Shown: one piece after another, positions 1-10,470 of the stretch
How positions within the stretch are numbered: the stretch's first letter is position 1
Layout: every line of letters starts with the position of its first letter
From: an uncultured Chloroflexia bacterium
GTDB lineage: Bacteria > Chloroflexota > Limnocylindria > Limnocylindrales > CSP1-4
Assembly (NCBI GenBank): GCA_963813535.1
Contig: CAWEZH010000002.1
Coordinates: 352,001-416,000, forward strand
DNA: 64,000 nt
Reading direction: 5' to 3'
The notes under the pieces: model-generated
The model's input: only the letters and a program-made list of their open reading frames with translations
Databases searched by the model: none
What the model was told of the DNA's origin: nothing
Translations under genes and position numbers: made by a program

Positions 1-20
1 CAACCCGACGGGTGGATCGC

Positions 21-1274
21 ATGACCGTCACGCTCCCTGAAGCTGGGACCGCATTCGCCGAACCACAGCAGAACCTCGTCGAAGTCGAGGACCTCAAGGT
101 CCACTTCCCGATCCGGTCGGGCATCTTCCAGACCGAGGTCGGGACCGTCAAGGCCGTGGACGGCATCAGCTTCGAGGTGCGCAGGGGCGAGACACTCGGG
201 CTGGTCGGTGAGTCCGGCTGCGGCAAGAGCACGACCGGGCGGGCGATGATCCGCCTGCGCGAGCCGACGGAGGGCGTGGTCCGCTTCGACGGGATCGACC
301 TCGGCAGCCTGAAGAGTGAACAGTTGCGGCGGATGCGCCGGCGGATGCAGATCATCTTCCAGGACCCGTACGGGTCACTCGACCCGCGGATGACGGTCGG
401 CTCGATCATCAGCGAGCCGATCGACACCCACAACCTGGCGAAGGGCGCGGCGCGCAAGGAACGCGTGGCGGACCTGCTGCGGATCGTCGGGCTCGACCCG
501 CAGTACATCAGTCGCTATCCACACGAGTTCAGTGGCGGCCAGCGTCAGCGCATCGGCGTCGCGCGGGCGCTCGCGGTCGAGCCGGAATTCATCGTCTGTG
601 ACGAGCCGATCTCGGCGCTCGATGTCTCGATCCAGGCACAGGTCCTCAACCTGCTCACGGACCTGCGTGAGCAGCTCGGTCTGACCTACCTGTTCATCGC
701 CCACGACCTGTCGGTCGTCAAGCACATCAGCGACCGGGTGGCTGTGATGTATCTCGGCAAGATCGTCGAGATCGGGCCGCCCGACATCATGTACCCCGAC
801 CCAGGCCACCCGTATACCCGCGCGCTCTTGTCGGCCGTGCCTGTTCCGGATCCCGTGCTCGAGCGGAAGCGCAAGCGGGTGATCCTCACCGGTGACGTGC
901 CGAGTCCGGTCAACCCGCCAGAGGGCTGTCGCTTCCACACGCGCTGCTGGCTCTACGAGCGACTCGGCAAGCCGGAGGCATGCCGGACGATCGACCCGCC
1001 GATCAAGGTGCTCCAGGGCGACCACGGCGCGGCGTGCCATTTCGCGGAAGAGGCGCAGGCGTCGGACGTGGGTGTGTCGCATATCGAGATGAGCCCGGTG
1101 CGGCGTGGTACGCCAGAGTCGGCGTTGGCAACGATCCGACCGCAGGACGGCGGTGCCCAGTCCGAGGCGCAGACCGTCGACGTGGCGGAAACCGTGATCG
1201 GTGGACCGCCGATCCACGGCACCGACGCGACGGATGGGTCGGACGAGGCGACACCACCCGGGACCTCCGCCTAG
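21..1274 (+). CDS. Oligopeptide/dipeptide ABC transporter ATP-binding protein (OppF/AppF-like), end of an operon starting off-window
   Basis: Walker A GESGCGKS, signature [12 protein letters not shown] Walker B, C-terminal GCRFHTRC oligo_HPY region; ATG at 21 (alternative GTG at 12). Confidence 0.92.
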   Translation: MTVTLPEAGTAFAEPQQNLVEVEDLKVHFPIRSGIFQTEVGTVKAVDGISFEVRRGETLGLVGESGCGKSTTGRAMIRLREPTEGVVRFDGIDLGSLKSEQLRRMRRRMQIIFQDPYGSLDPRMTVGSIISEPIDTHNLAKGAARKERVADLLRIVGLDPQYISRYPHEFSGGQRQRIGVARALAVEPEFIVCDEPISALDVSIQAQVLNLLTDLREQLGLTYLFIAHDLSVVKHISDRVAVMYLGKIVEIGPPDIMYPDPGHPYTRALLSAVPVPDPVLERKRKRVILTGDVPSPVNPPEGCRFHTRCWLYERLGKPEACRTIDPPIKVLQGDHGAACHFAEEAQASDVGVSHIEMSPVRRGTPESALATIRPQDGGAQSEAQTVDVAETVIGGPPIHGTDATDGSDEATPPGTSA

Positions 1275-1304
1275 GCGAGCAAGCCGCTTCGCCGGCCTTC
1301 GGGA

Positions 1305-2399
1305 CTAACCCGGCGCGATCGTGGCCTCGGTCGGGACGGCGCCCACGCCGCCTGGGGCGCGCGGCCCCCGGAAATGACACGCGGCCAGGTGGCCGCCGCC
1401 GACGTCGTTGAGCGGCGGATCATCCGTGGCGCAGATGCTTGGATCCCCGAGCGTCTTGCGCAGCGGGCAGCGCGGGTGGAACCGACAGCCCGACGGGGGA
1501 TTCACCGGACTCGGGACATCACCCGTCAGGATCACCCGCTGCCGCCGGATCTCCGGATCGGGCACCGGGATGGCCGACATCAGGGCCACCGTGTACGGGT
1601 GCTCCTGTTGGCGGAACAGCTCGATGCGGTCGGCGAGCTCGGCGATGCGGCCCAGGTACATGACCGCGACGCGATCGCTGATGTGCTCGACGACACCCAT
1701 GTTGTGCGCCACGAACACGTACGTCAGGCCGAGCTCGCGCTGGAGCGACTTGAGCAGATTGAGGACCTGGGCCTGGATCGACACGTCGAGCGCTGAGACG
1801 GGCTCGTCGCACACGACCAGGTCGGGTTCGAGCACCAGCGCCCGGGCGATGCCGATGCGCTGGCGTTGGCCACCGGAGAACTCGTGCGGATAGCGACGGC
1901 CGTGGTACGGCTGCAGCCCGACCATGTCCATCATCTTGGCGACCTTGGCCCGGCGCTCCGTTGCGCTGCCGATACCGTGGATCCGGAGACCCTCGCCGAT
2001 GCTGTCGCCGATGGGCGTCCTGGGATCGAGACTGGCGTACGGGTCCTGGAAGATGATCTGCATCCGCCGCCGGTACGCCTTCAGGTCGGCGCCCTTCATC
2101 GTCGTGATGTCCCGGCCGTCGAAGCGGATCGAGCCCGACGTCGGCTCGATCAGGCGAAGCAGGAGCCGCCCGACCGTCGTCTTGCCGCAACCCGACTCGC
2201 CCACGAGACCGAGCGTCTCGCCACGCGTGATGTCGAAGCTGACGCCATCCACGGCCTGGACGACCGCCACGGTCCGCTGGAGGACCCCGCCACGGACCGG
2301 GAAATGCTTGACGAGGTCGCGCACCTCGACGAGCGGCACCGAGCCGTTCCCGCCCTCCATGCGCGGCTCGACGGTCGTCGTCGCGGGCGGTGCCGTCAT
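1305..2399 (-). CDS. Peptide ABC transporter ATP-binding protein (OppF/DppF-like)
   Basis: [33 protein letters not shown]; ATG at 2399 overlaps upstream stop (ATGA). Confidence 0.93.
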   Translation of the reverse strand: MTAPPATTTVEPRMEGGNGSVPLVEVRDLVKHFPVRGGVLQRTVAVVQAVDGVSFDITRGETLGLVGESGCGKTTVGRLLLRLIEPTSGSIRFDGRDITTMKGADLKAYRRRMQIIFQDPYASLDPRTPIGDSIGEGLRIHGIGSATERRAKVAKMMDMVGLQPYHGRRYPHEFSGGQRQRIGIARALVLEPDLVVCDEPVSALDVSIQAQVLNLLKSLQRELGLTYVFVAHNMGVVEHISDRVAVMYLGRIAELADRIELFRQQEHPYTVALMSAIPVPDPEIRRQRVILTGDVPSPVNPPSGCRFHPRCPLRKTLGDPSICATDDPPLNDVGGGHLAACHFRGPRAPGGVGAVPTEATIAPG

Positions 2400-3577
2400 G
2401 CCTTCGTTCCCACGCCGGGTTCGTCGCGCGGCATGAGGTTGCCCGCCGCATCGTGGTACACCCAGCACCGGACGTCGTGGCCGGGCGCGACCGGCAGCAG
2501 CTCGGGATGGACCTCAGTCGCGAGCGTGACCTCCTCCTCGATCCGGGTCAGGCAGCGCGGCGCGAACCGGCAGCCCTTCGGCAGGTCGATGAGGTTCGGG
2601 ACGTTGCCCGGGATGACCGACAGGCTGTCCTTCACCTCGCCGACCACCGGGATCGAGCCGATCAGGCCGCGGGTGTAGGGGTGGAGCGGCCGCCGGAACA
2701 GGGTCGTCACGTCCGTCTGTTCGACGATCTCCCCGGCATACATGACCGCCACGCGGTCGCACATCTCGGCGACGACGCCCAGGTCGTGGGTGATGAGGAT
2801 GATCGCCGTCCCGGTCTCGTCGCGCAGGTTCCGCATCAGGTCGAGGATCTGGGCCTGGATCGTGACGTCCAACGCGGTGGTGGGCTCGTCCGCGATGAGC
2901 AGCTCGGGCTCGCACGCCAGCGCCATCGCGATCATCACGCGTTGGGCCATGCCACCCGACATCTCGTGCGGATAGGCATCAAGGCGGCGAGCCGGATCCG
3001 GGATACCCACCATCCGGAGGAGCTCCAGCGCCCGCTCGCGCGCGGCGCCCTTCTTCATACCGCGGTGGATCTCGAGCACCTCGGCGATCTGCTTGCCGAC
3101 GTCCCAGACCGGATTCAGCGAGGACTGCGGTTGCTGGAAGATCATGCTGATCCGGTCGCCGCGGATCCGCTGCATGTTCTTGTCGGACAGCTTGAGCAGA
3201 TCCAGATCGTCGAACACCACCTCGCCCGCCTCGATGCGGCCCGGATTGGCCACGAGCCGCATGATCGACAGGCTGGTCACGCTCTTGCCGCAGCCGGACT
3301 CGCCGACGAGGCCCATGATCTCGCCGCGGTCGACGTGGAAGTCGATGCCGTCCACGGCCCGGACGACGCCGTCGCGCGTGTAAAAGGACGTTCGCAGGCC
3401 CTTCACATCGAGGAGCGGTCGCTGGCCACGCTCGTGCCTGGGCCGCCGGCGCGACGCCGGGATGAGCTCCTCGATGACGTTCCCCTCGACCGACGGATCG
3501 AGCAGCGTGTCGCTCGTGACGCTGGCGGTGTCGCTCGCCTCGGTCGGTGGCTCGACCGTCGTCAGCTCGTCGGTCAC
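2396..3577 (-). CDS. Peptide ABC transporter ATP-binding protein (OppD/DppD-like)
   Basis: [31 protein letters not shown]; GTG at 3577 overlaps upstream stop. Confidence 0.92.
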   Translation of the reverse strand: MTDELTTVEPPTEASDTASVTSDTLLDPSVEGNVIEELIPASRRRPRHERGQRPLLDVKGLRTSFYTRDGVVRAVDGIDFHVDRGEIMGLVGESGCGKSVTSLSIMRLVANPGRIEAGEVVFDDLDLLKLSDKNMQRIRGDRISMIFQQPQSSLNPVWDVGKQIAEVLEIHRGMKKGAARERALELLRMVGIPDPARRLDAYPHEMSGGMAQRVMIAMALACEPELLIADEPTTALDVTIQAQILDLMRNLRDETGTAIILITHDLGVVAEMCDRVAVMYAGEIVEQTDVTTLFRRPLHPYTRGLIGSIPVVGEVKDSLSVIPGNVPNLIDLPKGCRFAPRCLTRIEEEVTLATEVHPELLPVAPGHDVRCWVYHDAAGNLMPRDEPGVGTKA

Positions 3578-4536
3578 CGGTTGAGCCTCGGATCGAGCGC
3601 GTCGCGCAGGCCATCGCCCAGGAGGTTGAAACCCAGCACCGTCAGCGTGATGGCCAGGCCCGGCGCCAGGATGATGTGCGGCGCCGTGAACAGCTGGTTG
3701 CGCTCGAAGCCGATCATCGAGCCCCATTCGGGGTTGCTCAGATCGCCAGTCACGCCGACGAATGCGAGGGCTGCGATCTCGAGGACCGCGGCGCCGATAC
3801 CGAGGGTGCCCTGCACGATGAGCGGCGTGATCGAGTTCGGCAGGATGCGTCGACCCAGGATGCCGAGTGACGACTCGCCCAGAGCGCGTGACGCCGTGAC
3901 GAAGTCGCTCTCGCGCGTCGACAGGACCGCGGAACGCGCGACGCGCGCGTAGATCGGGATCGACACGATGGCGATGGCGACCAGGGCATTCACGAGGCTT
4001 CGGCCTGCGGCGGTCACGATCGCGATCGCGAGCAGGAGTGACGGGAACGCCAGGATGACGTCCATGAAGCGCATCAGGACGTTATCCGTCCACCCGCTGA
4101 CGTAGCCAGCGAACGCGCCGATGGTCGTCCCCACGATGATCGCGAAGGCGATGGCCGCGAACCCGATGGTCAGCGACGTGCGCGTTCCGAAGAGCACGCG
4201 GCTGTAGACGTCACGGAAGTTCCCGTCGGTCCCAAAGAAGTGCTGGGGCTCGTCCGCCGGGCAGCCAAGAGCGTGGATGCACGGAGCGGAGCGCTTCTCG
4301 ACACCCTGCTCCTTGCCGAGGAGGCTTTGGTTGGGGTCGTGTGTCGCGAGGACCGGCGCGAAGACCGCGATGAAGACGAGGAACGTCAGGATGACCAGCC
4401 CGAAGACCGCTGAACGCTGGCGCAGCACACTGCCGAGCGTGTCGCGCCACAGGCTCGCCGGCCGGTTGGCCGTGAGCGTGTCGGCCGCTTGGGCCAGCGG
4501 AGTGAGCGGCGTCAGTTGCGTCTCGGGTGCCGTCAT
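3574..4536 (-). CDS. Peptide ABC transporter permease (OppC/DppC-like)
   Basis: [22 protein letters not shown]-like loop ([11 protein letters not shown]), PEWGSMI; ATG at 4536 overlaps oppB stop. Confidence 0.92.
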   Translation of the reverse strand: MTAPETQLTPLTPLAQAADTLTANRPASLWRDTLGSVLRQRSAVFGLVILTFLVFIAVFAPVLATHDPNQSLLGKEQGVEKRSAPCIHALGCPADEPQHFFGTDGNFRDVYSRVLFGTRTSLTIGFAAIAFAIIVGTTIGAFAGYVSGWTDNVLMRFMDVILAFPSLLLAIAIVTAAGRSLVNALVAIAIVSIPIYARVARSAVLSTRESDFVTASRALGESSLGILGRRILPNSITPLIVQGTLGIGAAVLEIAALAFVGVTGDLSNPEWGSMIGFERNQLFTAPHIILAPGLAITLTVLGFNLLGDGLRDALDPRLNR

Positions 4537-5678
4537 CGGTAGCGGATCCGCGGGTCGAGGAACCCGTACGACACGTCGACGACCAGGTTCACCAGGACGT
4601 AGATGACCGCGATGAACAGGGTGAGGCCCTGGATCACGACGTAATCGCGCCCGGTGATCGCCTCGAACATCGTCCGCCCGACGCCGGACAGATTGAACAC
4701 CGTCTCCGTGAGGACGGCGCCCGACAGCAGCAGGCCGAGCTGGAGGCCGATGATGGTCACGACCGGGAGGAGCGCGTTTCGAGCCCCGTGCCGCAGCACC
4801 ACGGCCCGCTCGTTGAGACCCTTTGCTCGCGCAGTCCTCACGAAATCCTGGCCCAGGACCTCGAGCAGGCTTGACCGGGTGATACGGGCGATGATCGCGA
4901 GCGGGATGGTGCCGAGCGCGATCGCCGGCAGGATCAGGTGGCGGAACGAATCGACCCAGGCTCCCCATTGGCCGGTGATCAGGGCGCTGATCGTGTAGAT
5001 CCCGGACAGGAAGTCCAGCAGGCCGCGAGGCAGCCCCTGGAGCTGCTCCAGGCCCCATACCTCGACGAGCGGCTTGACCTCCACTCCTGAACTGAGCCGG
5101 CCCGATGGGGGCAGCGAGAACGGTGTGTCCTTCAGGACGATGGCGAACAGGAATGCCAGCATGAGACCAAGCACGAAGACCGGCATCGATACGCCGAGGT
5201 TGGCGAAGACCATCGATCCGACGTCGACCGGGGAATTGCGGCGGTAGGCCGAAAACAGGCCGAGCGGGACGCCGACCACGGTGGCGAACAGCATCGCCCA
5301 GAGGGTGAGCTCGATGGTGGTGGGCAGGCGTTCCACGAGCAAGACCGCGACCGGGCGAGAGTGCTTGATCGAGGTGCCCAGGTCGCCCCGCGAAAGCTGG
5401 CCGAGATACGCCGTGAACTGGTTGTCGACGAGCGTCGCGGGCACCTCGGTCGCGCGGAACTCCCACGTGCCGCCGGCCTTGAACAGACCGGGCGCGATGG
5501 CCTTGTCGAGACCGTAGCGGCGGATGAAGTCGTTGCACACGGCGTCGGTCGCGCGCTCACCGAGGACTGCGCGGCACGGATCGCCGGGAACGACACGCGC
5601 CAGGATGAACACGACGAACACGATCCCGAGGAGGACCGGGATCGTCACGAGCAGCCGCCGGACGATGAAGCGAGTCAC
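4533..5678 (-). CDS. Peptide ABC transporter permease (OppB/DppB-like)
   Basis: FIVRRLL..IPVLLG N-terminus, GDLGTS, DFVRTARAKGL, LDPRIR C-terminus. Confidence 0.93.
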   Translation of the reverse strand: MTRFIVRRLLVTIPVLLGIVFVVFILARVVPGDPCRAVLGERATDAVCNDFIRRYGLDKAIAPGLFKAGGTWEFRATEVPATLVDNQFTAYLGQLSRGDLGTSIKHSRPVAVLLVERLPTTIELTLWAMLFATVVGVPLGLFSAYRRNSPVDVGSMVFANLGVSMPVFVLGLMLAFLFAIVLKDTPFSLPPSGRLSSGVEVKPLVEVWGLEQLQGLPRGLLDFLSGIYTISALITGQWGAWVDSFRHLILPAIALGTIPLAIIARITRSSLLEVLGQDFVRTARAKGLNERAVVLRHGARNALLPVVTIIGLQLGLLLSGAVLTETVFNLSGVGRTMFEAITGRDYVVIQGLTLFIAVIYVLVNLVVDVSYGFLDPRIRYR

Positions 5679-5737
5679 GTGGCTCGGAAAGCCCTCGAGG
5701 TGCCGCCGCCGGGTAGGGATGCGCCGTCAGGATACGG

Positions 5738-5770
5738 CGAACGGGGGCGCCGTGATGGCGCCCCCGTTCG
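5738..5770 (-). terminator. 14-bp perfect stem-loop after the binding-protein gene (mRNA stabiliser or partial terminator)
   Basis: cgaacgggggcgcc-gtgat-ggcgcccccgttcg between the SBP and permease genes; no U-tract. Confidence 0.65.
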
Positions 5771-5795
5771 GGTGTGCGACGGAGTCGCGGACTGG

Positions 5796-7523
5796 CTAGG
5801 CCGGCGGCGGGTTCAGGAACCCACCCCACAGGCCGGGGAAGTACTCGAACGCACCGGAGCGTCCGACGTGCAACGGATGCGACGCGTCCCACTGGGCCGC
5901 GTAGCTGAGGACCACGTCATTGGCGTCGAGATCGGCGCCGTCGTGGAACTTCACCCCGTCACGCAGTGTGCAGGTCCACGTTGTGAGGTCGTCGTTCGGC
6001 GCGCATTCGGTCGCGAGCGACGGCTCGACGGCCGTCCCGGCGACCTCGTACGCGTAGAGCGACTCGTTGATCTGCTCGCAGGCGCGGAGCGTCTCGCCAT
6101 CGGTCTCGTCGCCGCAGTAGAGGCTGAGAGGTTCGGCGTTCTGCATCCACACGAGCGTGTCGCGATCGGCCGCCTGCATGACCGAGAAGATCTCGGTGCT
6201 GAGCGGCGACGAGTGCGACCCGTCGACGTCGGCCTTGAAGACCGTGCCCGAGCCACCGTGCGCGACGATGACCGCCGGCGCGTGCTCCTTGATCAGGTTG
6301 TTGGCCTCGGTGTAGGCCGCCTGGCGCTCCGCATCGTCAGCGGTCTGCGCACCGCGATTGAGCGCATCGACGATGTCGGGGAAGGGGGTACCGAACTTCT
6401 TGCCGGAACCCGACCCGAAGTGGTAATCGAGGAAGTTCGTGGCGTCCGGGTAGTCCGCACCCCAACCGAGCAGGAAGATGCCGTCGAGCGTCCCCGCCGC
6501 GTTGGCGTCGAGGAATGCGCCGGACTCCTGCAGGTCGAGCTCGGTGTTGATGCCGAGGTTGTCCTTGAGCTGGCCCGCGATCTCCGTCGCGATCTGTGGC
6601 GGATCTGGCAGGTAGCCGCGCACGGCCTCCCGGAACTGCAGCTTGTAGGTCTTGGTGAAGTCGAAGCCGGCATCGGTCAGCATCTGCTTGGCCGCTGCGG
6701 CGTCGAAGCCCCACGTGTCATCGCCTTCGCACCCGAAGGGGATGGCGCATGGCGTGAAGTGGGTCGCGACCTCGGAGCCTTCCGGATAGAAGTTGGTCAC
6801 GAGCCGGTCCCGGTCGATGCCCATGGCGATCGCCTTGCGGACTTCCAGCTTGTCCCACGGCGCGACCGTGTTGTTGAAGCCGAGGAAGAAGGTGTTCAGG
6901 CCCTCGCGCTCGTTGAACTTCACGCTCGAGTCGGCCTTGATGGCCGCGATGTCATCGGTGCCCGGGTTGTCGATGCCGTCGACCGAGCCCGCCTGGAGCT
7001 CGAGCCAGCGCTGGGCTGCCTCATCGCTCCATCGAAACTCGACGTTGGGCGTCCGGGCGGCCTCGCCCCAGTAGCCGTCGAAGGCGTTGAGGACCAGGCG
7101 GTTGCCCTTCTCCCACGAACCGAGCTTGTAGGGCCCGGTGCCGTTCGGGTTGTCCAGGTACGACTTGTCGGCCGCGTGGGCCTCGAGGTACGCGGAATCC
7201 TGGATGCCGAACGCGCTGAACGCGACCTTCGAGAGGAACGCGACGTCCGGATTGCAGAGCTGGAATTCGACGGTCAGCCGATCGACCGCCGTGATCTTCT
7301 TGAACAGGCCCGTGTACGGATCGACGCCGCACGGGGCCTCTGCGTCGGCCGGATAGGCGGTGGCCTCGAAGGGGATCTCCGATGCCGATGGCGCGACGCT
7401 TGCTGATGCCTCACTCGAGGGCGCCACGCTCGCGGACGGCGTAGCCCCTGAACACGCGGCGATGATCGCCATGCTGCCGAGCAACACGACGAGCCGGCGC
7501 GGCAGGCTCGATGAACGAGTCAT
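5796..7523 (-). CDS. Family 5 (DppA-like) peptide ABC substrate-binding lipoprotein, circularly permuted
   Basis: Lipobox IIAAC, Ser/Ala linker, NGTGPYKL, VRKAIAMGIDR, GWGADYPD; the usual N-terminal block (LRDGVKFHDG..DVVLS) is at the C-terminus; SD aggagg upstream. Confidence 0.92.
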   Translation of the reverse strand: MTRSSSLPRRLVVLLGSMAIIAACSGATPSASVAPSSEASASVAPSASEIPFEATAYPADAEAPCGVDPYTGLFKKITAVDRLTVEFQLCNPDVAFLSKVAFSAFGIQDSAYLEAHAADKSYLDNPNGTGPYKLGSWEKGNRLVLNAFDGYWGEAARTPNVEFRWSDEAAQRWLELQAGSVDGIDNPGTDDIAAIKADSSVKFNEREGLNTFFLGFNNTVAPWDKLEVRKAIAMGIDRDRLVTNFYPEGSEVATHFTPCAIPFGCEGDDTWGFDAAAAKQMLTDAGFDFTKTYKLQFREAVRGYLPDPPQIATEIAGQLKDNLGINTELDLQESGAFLDANAAGTLDGIFLLGWGADYPDATNFLDYHFGSGSGKKFGTPFPDIVDALNRGAQTADDAERQAAYTEANNLIKEHAPAVIVAHGGSGTVFKADVDGSHSSPLSTEIFSVMQAADRDTLVWMQNAEPLSLYCGDETDGETLRACEQINESLYAYEVAGTAVEPSLATECAPNDDLTTWTCTLRDGVKFHDGADLDANDVVLSYAAQWDASHPLHVGRSGAFEYFPGLWGGFLNPPPA

Positions 7524-7681
7524 GCGCTGGTTCTCCTCCTATCAGTCCCGGTGGTCGCCCGTCAGCCTCCCTGGGCCGATCCATCTGGGACATGGTTCGA
7601 CGCCGGCGGTCTAACGGGACCGTTCCGGCGACGGTGCGCGGGAACCTTAGCACTGGCATACGCGGGTTGCCTAGGGGTTCG

Positions 7682-9460
7682 TCAGGGCTCCACGGGTGGG
7701 TGGAGGAAGCCGCCGAACCGATCCACGAACCCCTGGAATATGCCCTGCCGGCCGTGATGCAGCGGATGGGCCGCATCCCAGCGCATCGCGTACGACAGGA
7801 CGACGTCGTTGGCGTCGAGGACCGACCCGTCGTGGAACCGGACGCCCTTCCTCAGCGTGCACGTCCAGATGATCAGGTCGTCATCGGGCGTGCAGCGTTC
7901 GGCGAGGGACGGCGAGAGTGCGGGTTCCGGCAGATCGTGGCGATAGAGCGACTCGGACAGCTGGGCGCAGACGCGCAATGCGACGTCGTCGCTCTCGTCG
8001 GCACAGAAGAGGCTGCCCGGCCGGTCGTGCTGCATGTAGACGAACTGGCTTCGGTCGCCAGGCACGACCGACATGAAGCGATCCGTCGAGGTCGCGCTCG
8101 CCTGCTTGCCCTCCACGTCCGTGCGGAAGGCGCCGGCCGAGCCGACGTGCGCCAGCGGGATCATCGGGACGTGGCGCCGCAGAAGGTCGTTCACGCCGCG
8201 ATAGCCCTTGGCGCGGGCCTTCGGATCGACCACTCGCCCGCGCTCCAGCCAACCGTGGATGTCGTCGAATCAATTCCCGAACTGCAGGCTGGCGCCCGGT
8301 CCGAAATGGCTTTCGAGCAGGAGGCTCGCGTCCGGGTACCGAGCACGCGCGCCGAGCAGGTAAAACCCGTCGAGCCGTCCGGCATCGGCCTCCGCGACCA
8401 GCTCGTCGAACGGCATCGGCTTGAGCGTGGTCGTGATGCCGAGGCGCTCCTTCAGCTGGGCCTGGAGCGCCAGGGCCGTCCCGTTCGGGTCGGGCAGATA
8501 GTCACGGGGCTCGTCGGGGAAGCTGATGGTCGAGGCGAAGCCTTCGTCGAAGCCCACCTGGGCCAGCAGGTCGCGCGCCGCCTCGGGATCCAGCTCCGGC
8601 CATCCGGCGCCGCCACAGCCGTATGGGATCGCGCAGGGCAGGAAGTGGCTGGCGACCTGGGTCCCCGGCGGGAAGCCGGCGCTCACGATGGCCGGACGGT
8701 CGATGCCGATGGCGATCGCTCGCCGAACGGTCTCGTTATCGAACGGGGCGAACCGATTGTCGAACCCGATGTACGCGACATTCATGCCCTGCCGGGGCGC
8801 GAGCGTGAGGTCGGGGTTGGCATCGACGGCCTCGATGTCCCCCGGTGCGACGACGTCGATGGCATCCACGGAACCCTCACGCAGCTTGGACAGCCGCTGG
8901 CCCGCGTCGGACTCCGCGACGAAGATGACGTCGCTGCTCCGTGCGCGATCGCCCCAGTAGTCATCGGTCCGGGTGAGGGCGACATCGCCGTTGCCGTCCC
9001 ATGCGTTCAGGCGGTACGGACCCGTGCCGTTCACCTCGGTGAGGATGCGCGGTCGCTCGGCTGTCGGGTCGATCCGCCCCTGCAGCCAGGCCGTATCGTC
9101 GATGGCCAGCGTGGGCGACGCGATCTTGGCCAGGAACGCCGGGTCGGCGTCGCACAGCTGGAACACGACCGTCTGGGCGTCCTTTGCGTGGATACGCCGC
9201 ATGGAGCCCTCATACGGGCCGTAGGCGGGATCGGCGCTGGCCGGCTCCTCGCACGGGGCCGGGCCGTCGACCGGGTAGGCCATCGGCTTGAACGGGCCGC
9301 TGCTCGGCGGCGCGCTGGGAAATGCCGCGCTGCCGCTCGGGTCGGGGAGCCGGGTGGTGTCGGGGCCGGTCGAGGGGCTCGGCCCAGCGCAGCCGACGAT
9401 CACGATGATCGCCACCATGCCGGCCGCCACCAGACGCCCGGGCCATGGTCGTCGTGACAT
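7682..9460 (-). pseudogene. Second circularly permuted DppA-like lipoprotein, interrupted by an in-frame TGA at 8270-8272
   Basis: ORFs 8270..9460 and 7682..8233 share one frame; read-through FGN*FDDI aligns to FGTPFPDI of the paralogue; lipobox IVGC; may be a sequencing error. Confidence 0.8.
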
Positions 9461-9501
9461 CGGGTCCTAGCCTAGCATCGGCTTCGCGTATGCTCGCCCG
9501 C

Positions 9502-10470
9502 ATGGACTCCGTGCGCGTGGCTCTCGCGCAGATCGCGCCGACGCTCGGTCAGCTCGATGTGAACCTCGCACGCCATCACGAGCTGATCGAGGAAGCCCGC
9601 TCGAAGGGCGCGAACCTCGTGGTCTTCCCGGAGCTCGGGCTGACCGGTTACCAGCTCCAGGACCTCGCATCGGAGGTCGCGCTGCGGCTCGACGACCCGC
9701 GACTGGCCGATCTGGCCGATGCGACCCGCGACCTGTCGGTCATCGTGTCCTTCGTCGAGGAATCGGCCGACCACCGGCTGTTCATCGCTGCCGCGTTGCT
9801 CGAGGACGGCGAGCTCCGCCACGTTCACCGCAAGGCGTTCCTGCCGACCTACGGGTTGTTCGACGAGCGCCGGTTCTTCGCCCATGGCGACATGCTCCGC
9901 GCGGTCCCCTCGAGACTCGGGCTCGGCGTCGGCATCGCCATCTGCGAGGACTTCTGGCACCTGGCCGTCCCCCAGATCCTCGCCCTGGACGGCGCCCAGA
10001 TCCTCATCAACGTGTCGTCGTCGCCCGGCCGCGACCTCGCGGCGACCAATGAGGTCGGACTCGGTACCGCGACGTCGTGGCGGACCCTGATGCGGACCTA
10101 TGCCCAATTGACCACGTCGTTCGTGATCTTCTGCAATCGCGTCGGTGTCGACGAGTCGATCTCGTTCTGGGGCGGCTCGGAGATCATCGCCCCGAACGGA
10201 GCCGCCCTCCTGTCGGCGCCGCTCTACGACGAGGGCTTGTTCGTGGCCGACATCGCGACCGCGGACATCCGCCGGGAACGCATCGGCCTGCCGCTCCTTC
10301 GCGACGAGCGCCCCGAATTCCAGGTCCGCGAACTGTCGAGGATCGTCGATGAGCGGGCGGGTCTGGCGCGTGACTCCACGAGTGACCCCGACGCCGAGGC
10401 GGGACTGGACGTGGCGGCCGGCGACCGAACCCCGCGGCCCATCGGCTTCCGTCGGAGCGCCGGCGGATGA
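9502..10470 (+). CDS. Nitrilase-family amidohydrolase, probable glutaminase subunit of NAD synthetase
   Basis: RVALAQ start, E-K-C triad (FPELGL, HRKAFLPTYGLFDERRFF, ICEDFW), coupled to nadE. Confidence 0.88.
   Translation: MDSVRVALAQIAPTLGQLDVNLARHHELIEEARSKGANLVVFPELGLTGYQLQDLASEVALRLDDPRLADLADATRDLSVIVSFVEESADHRLFIAAALLEDGELRHVHRKAFLPTYGLFDERRFFAHGDMLRAVPSRLGLGVGIAICEDFWHLAVPQILALDGAQILINVSSSPGRDLAATNEVGLGTATSWRTLMRTYAQLTTSFVIFCNRVGVDESISFWGGSEIIAPNGAALLSAPLYDEGLFVADIATADIRRERIGLPLLRDERPEFQVRELSRIVDERAGLARDSTSDPDAEAGLDVAAGDRTPRPIGFRRSAGG

Noticed and set aside
7647-7673. CIRCE-like sequence TTAGCACTG-N9-GGTTGCCTA upstream of the DppA-like gene
   Set aside because: The right arm matches only 5/9; the left arm is explained by a minus-strand extended -10 (TGc-TAAGGT).
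8230-8272. Selenocysteine recoding of the in-frame TGA
   Set aside because: The position aligns to Pro, not Cys, in the paralogue, and I see no convincing SECIS hairpin downstream.
2390-9457. Long antisense ORFs (2390..3952, 5361..7406, 7511..9457; likewise 38500..40638 and 52830..54596)
   Set aside because: They mirror well-supported genes on the other strand, a typical artefact of high-GC codon bias, and contain no recognisable motifs.
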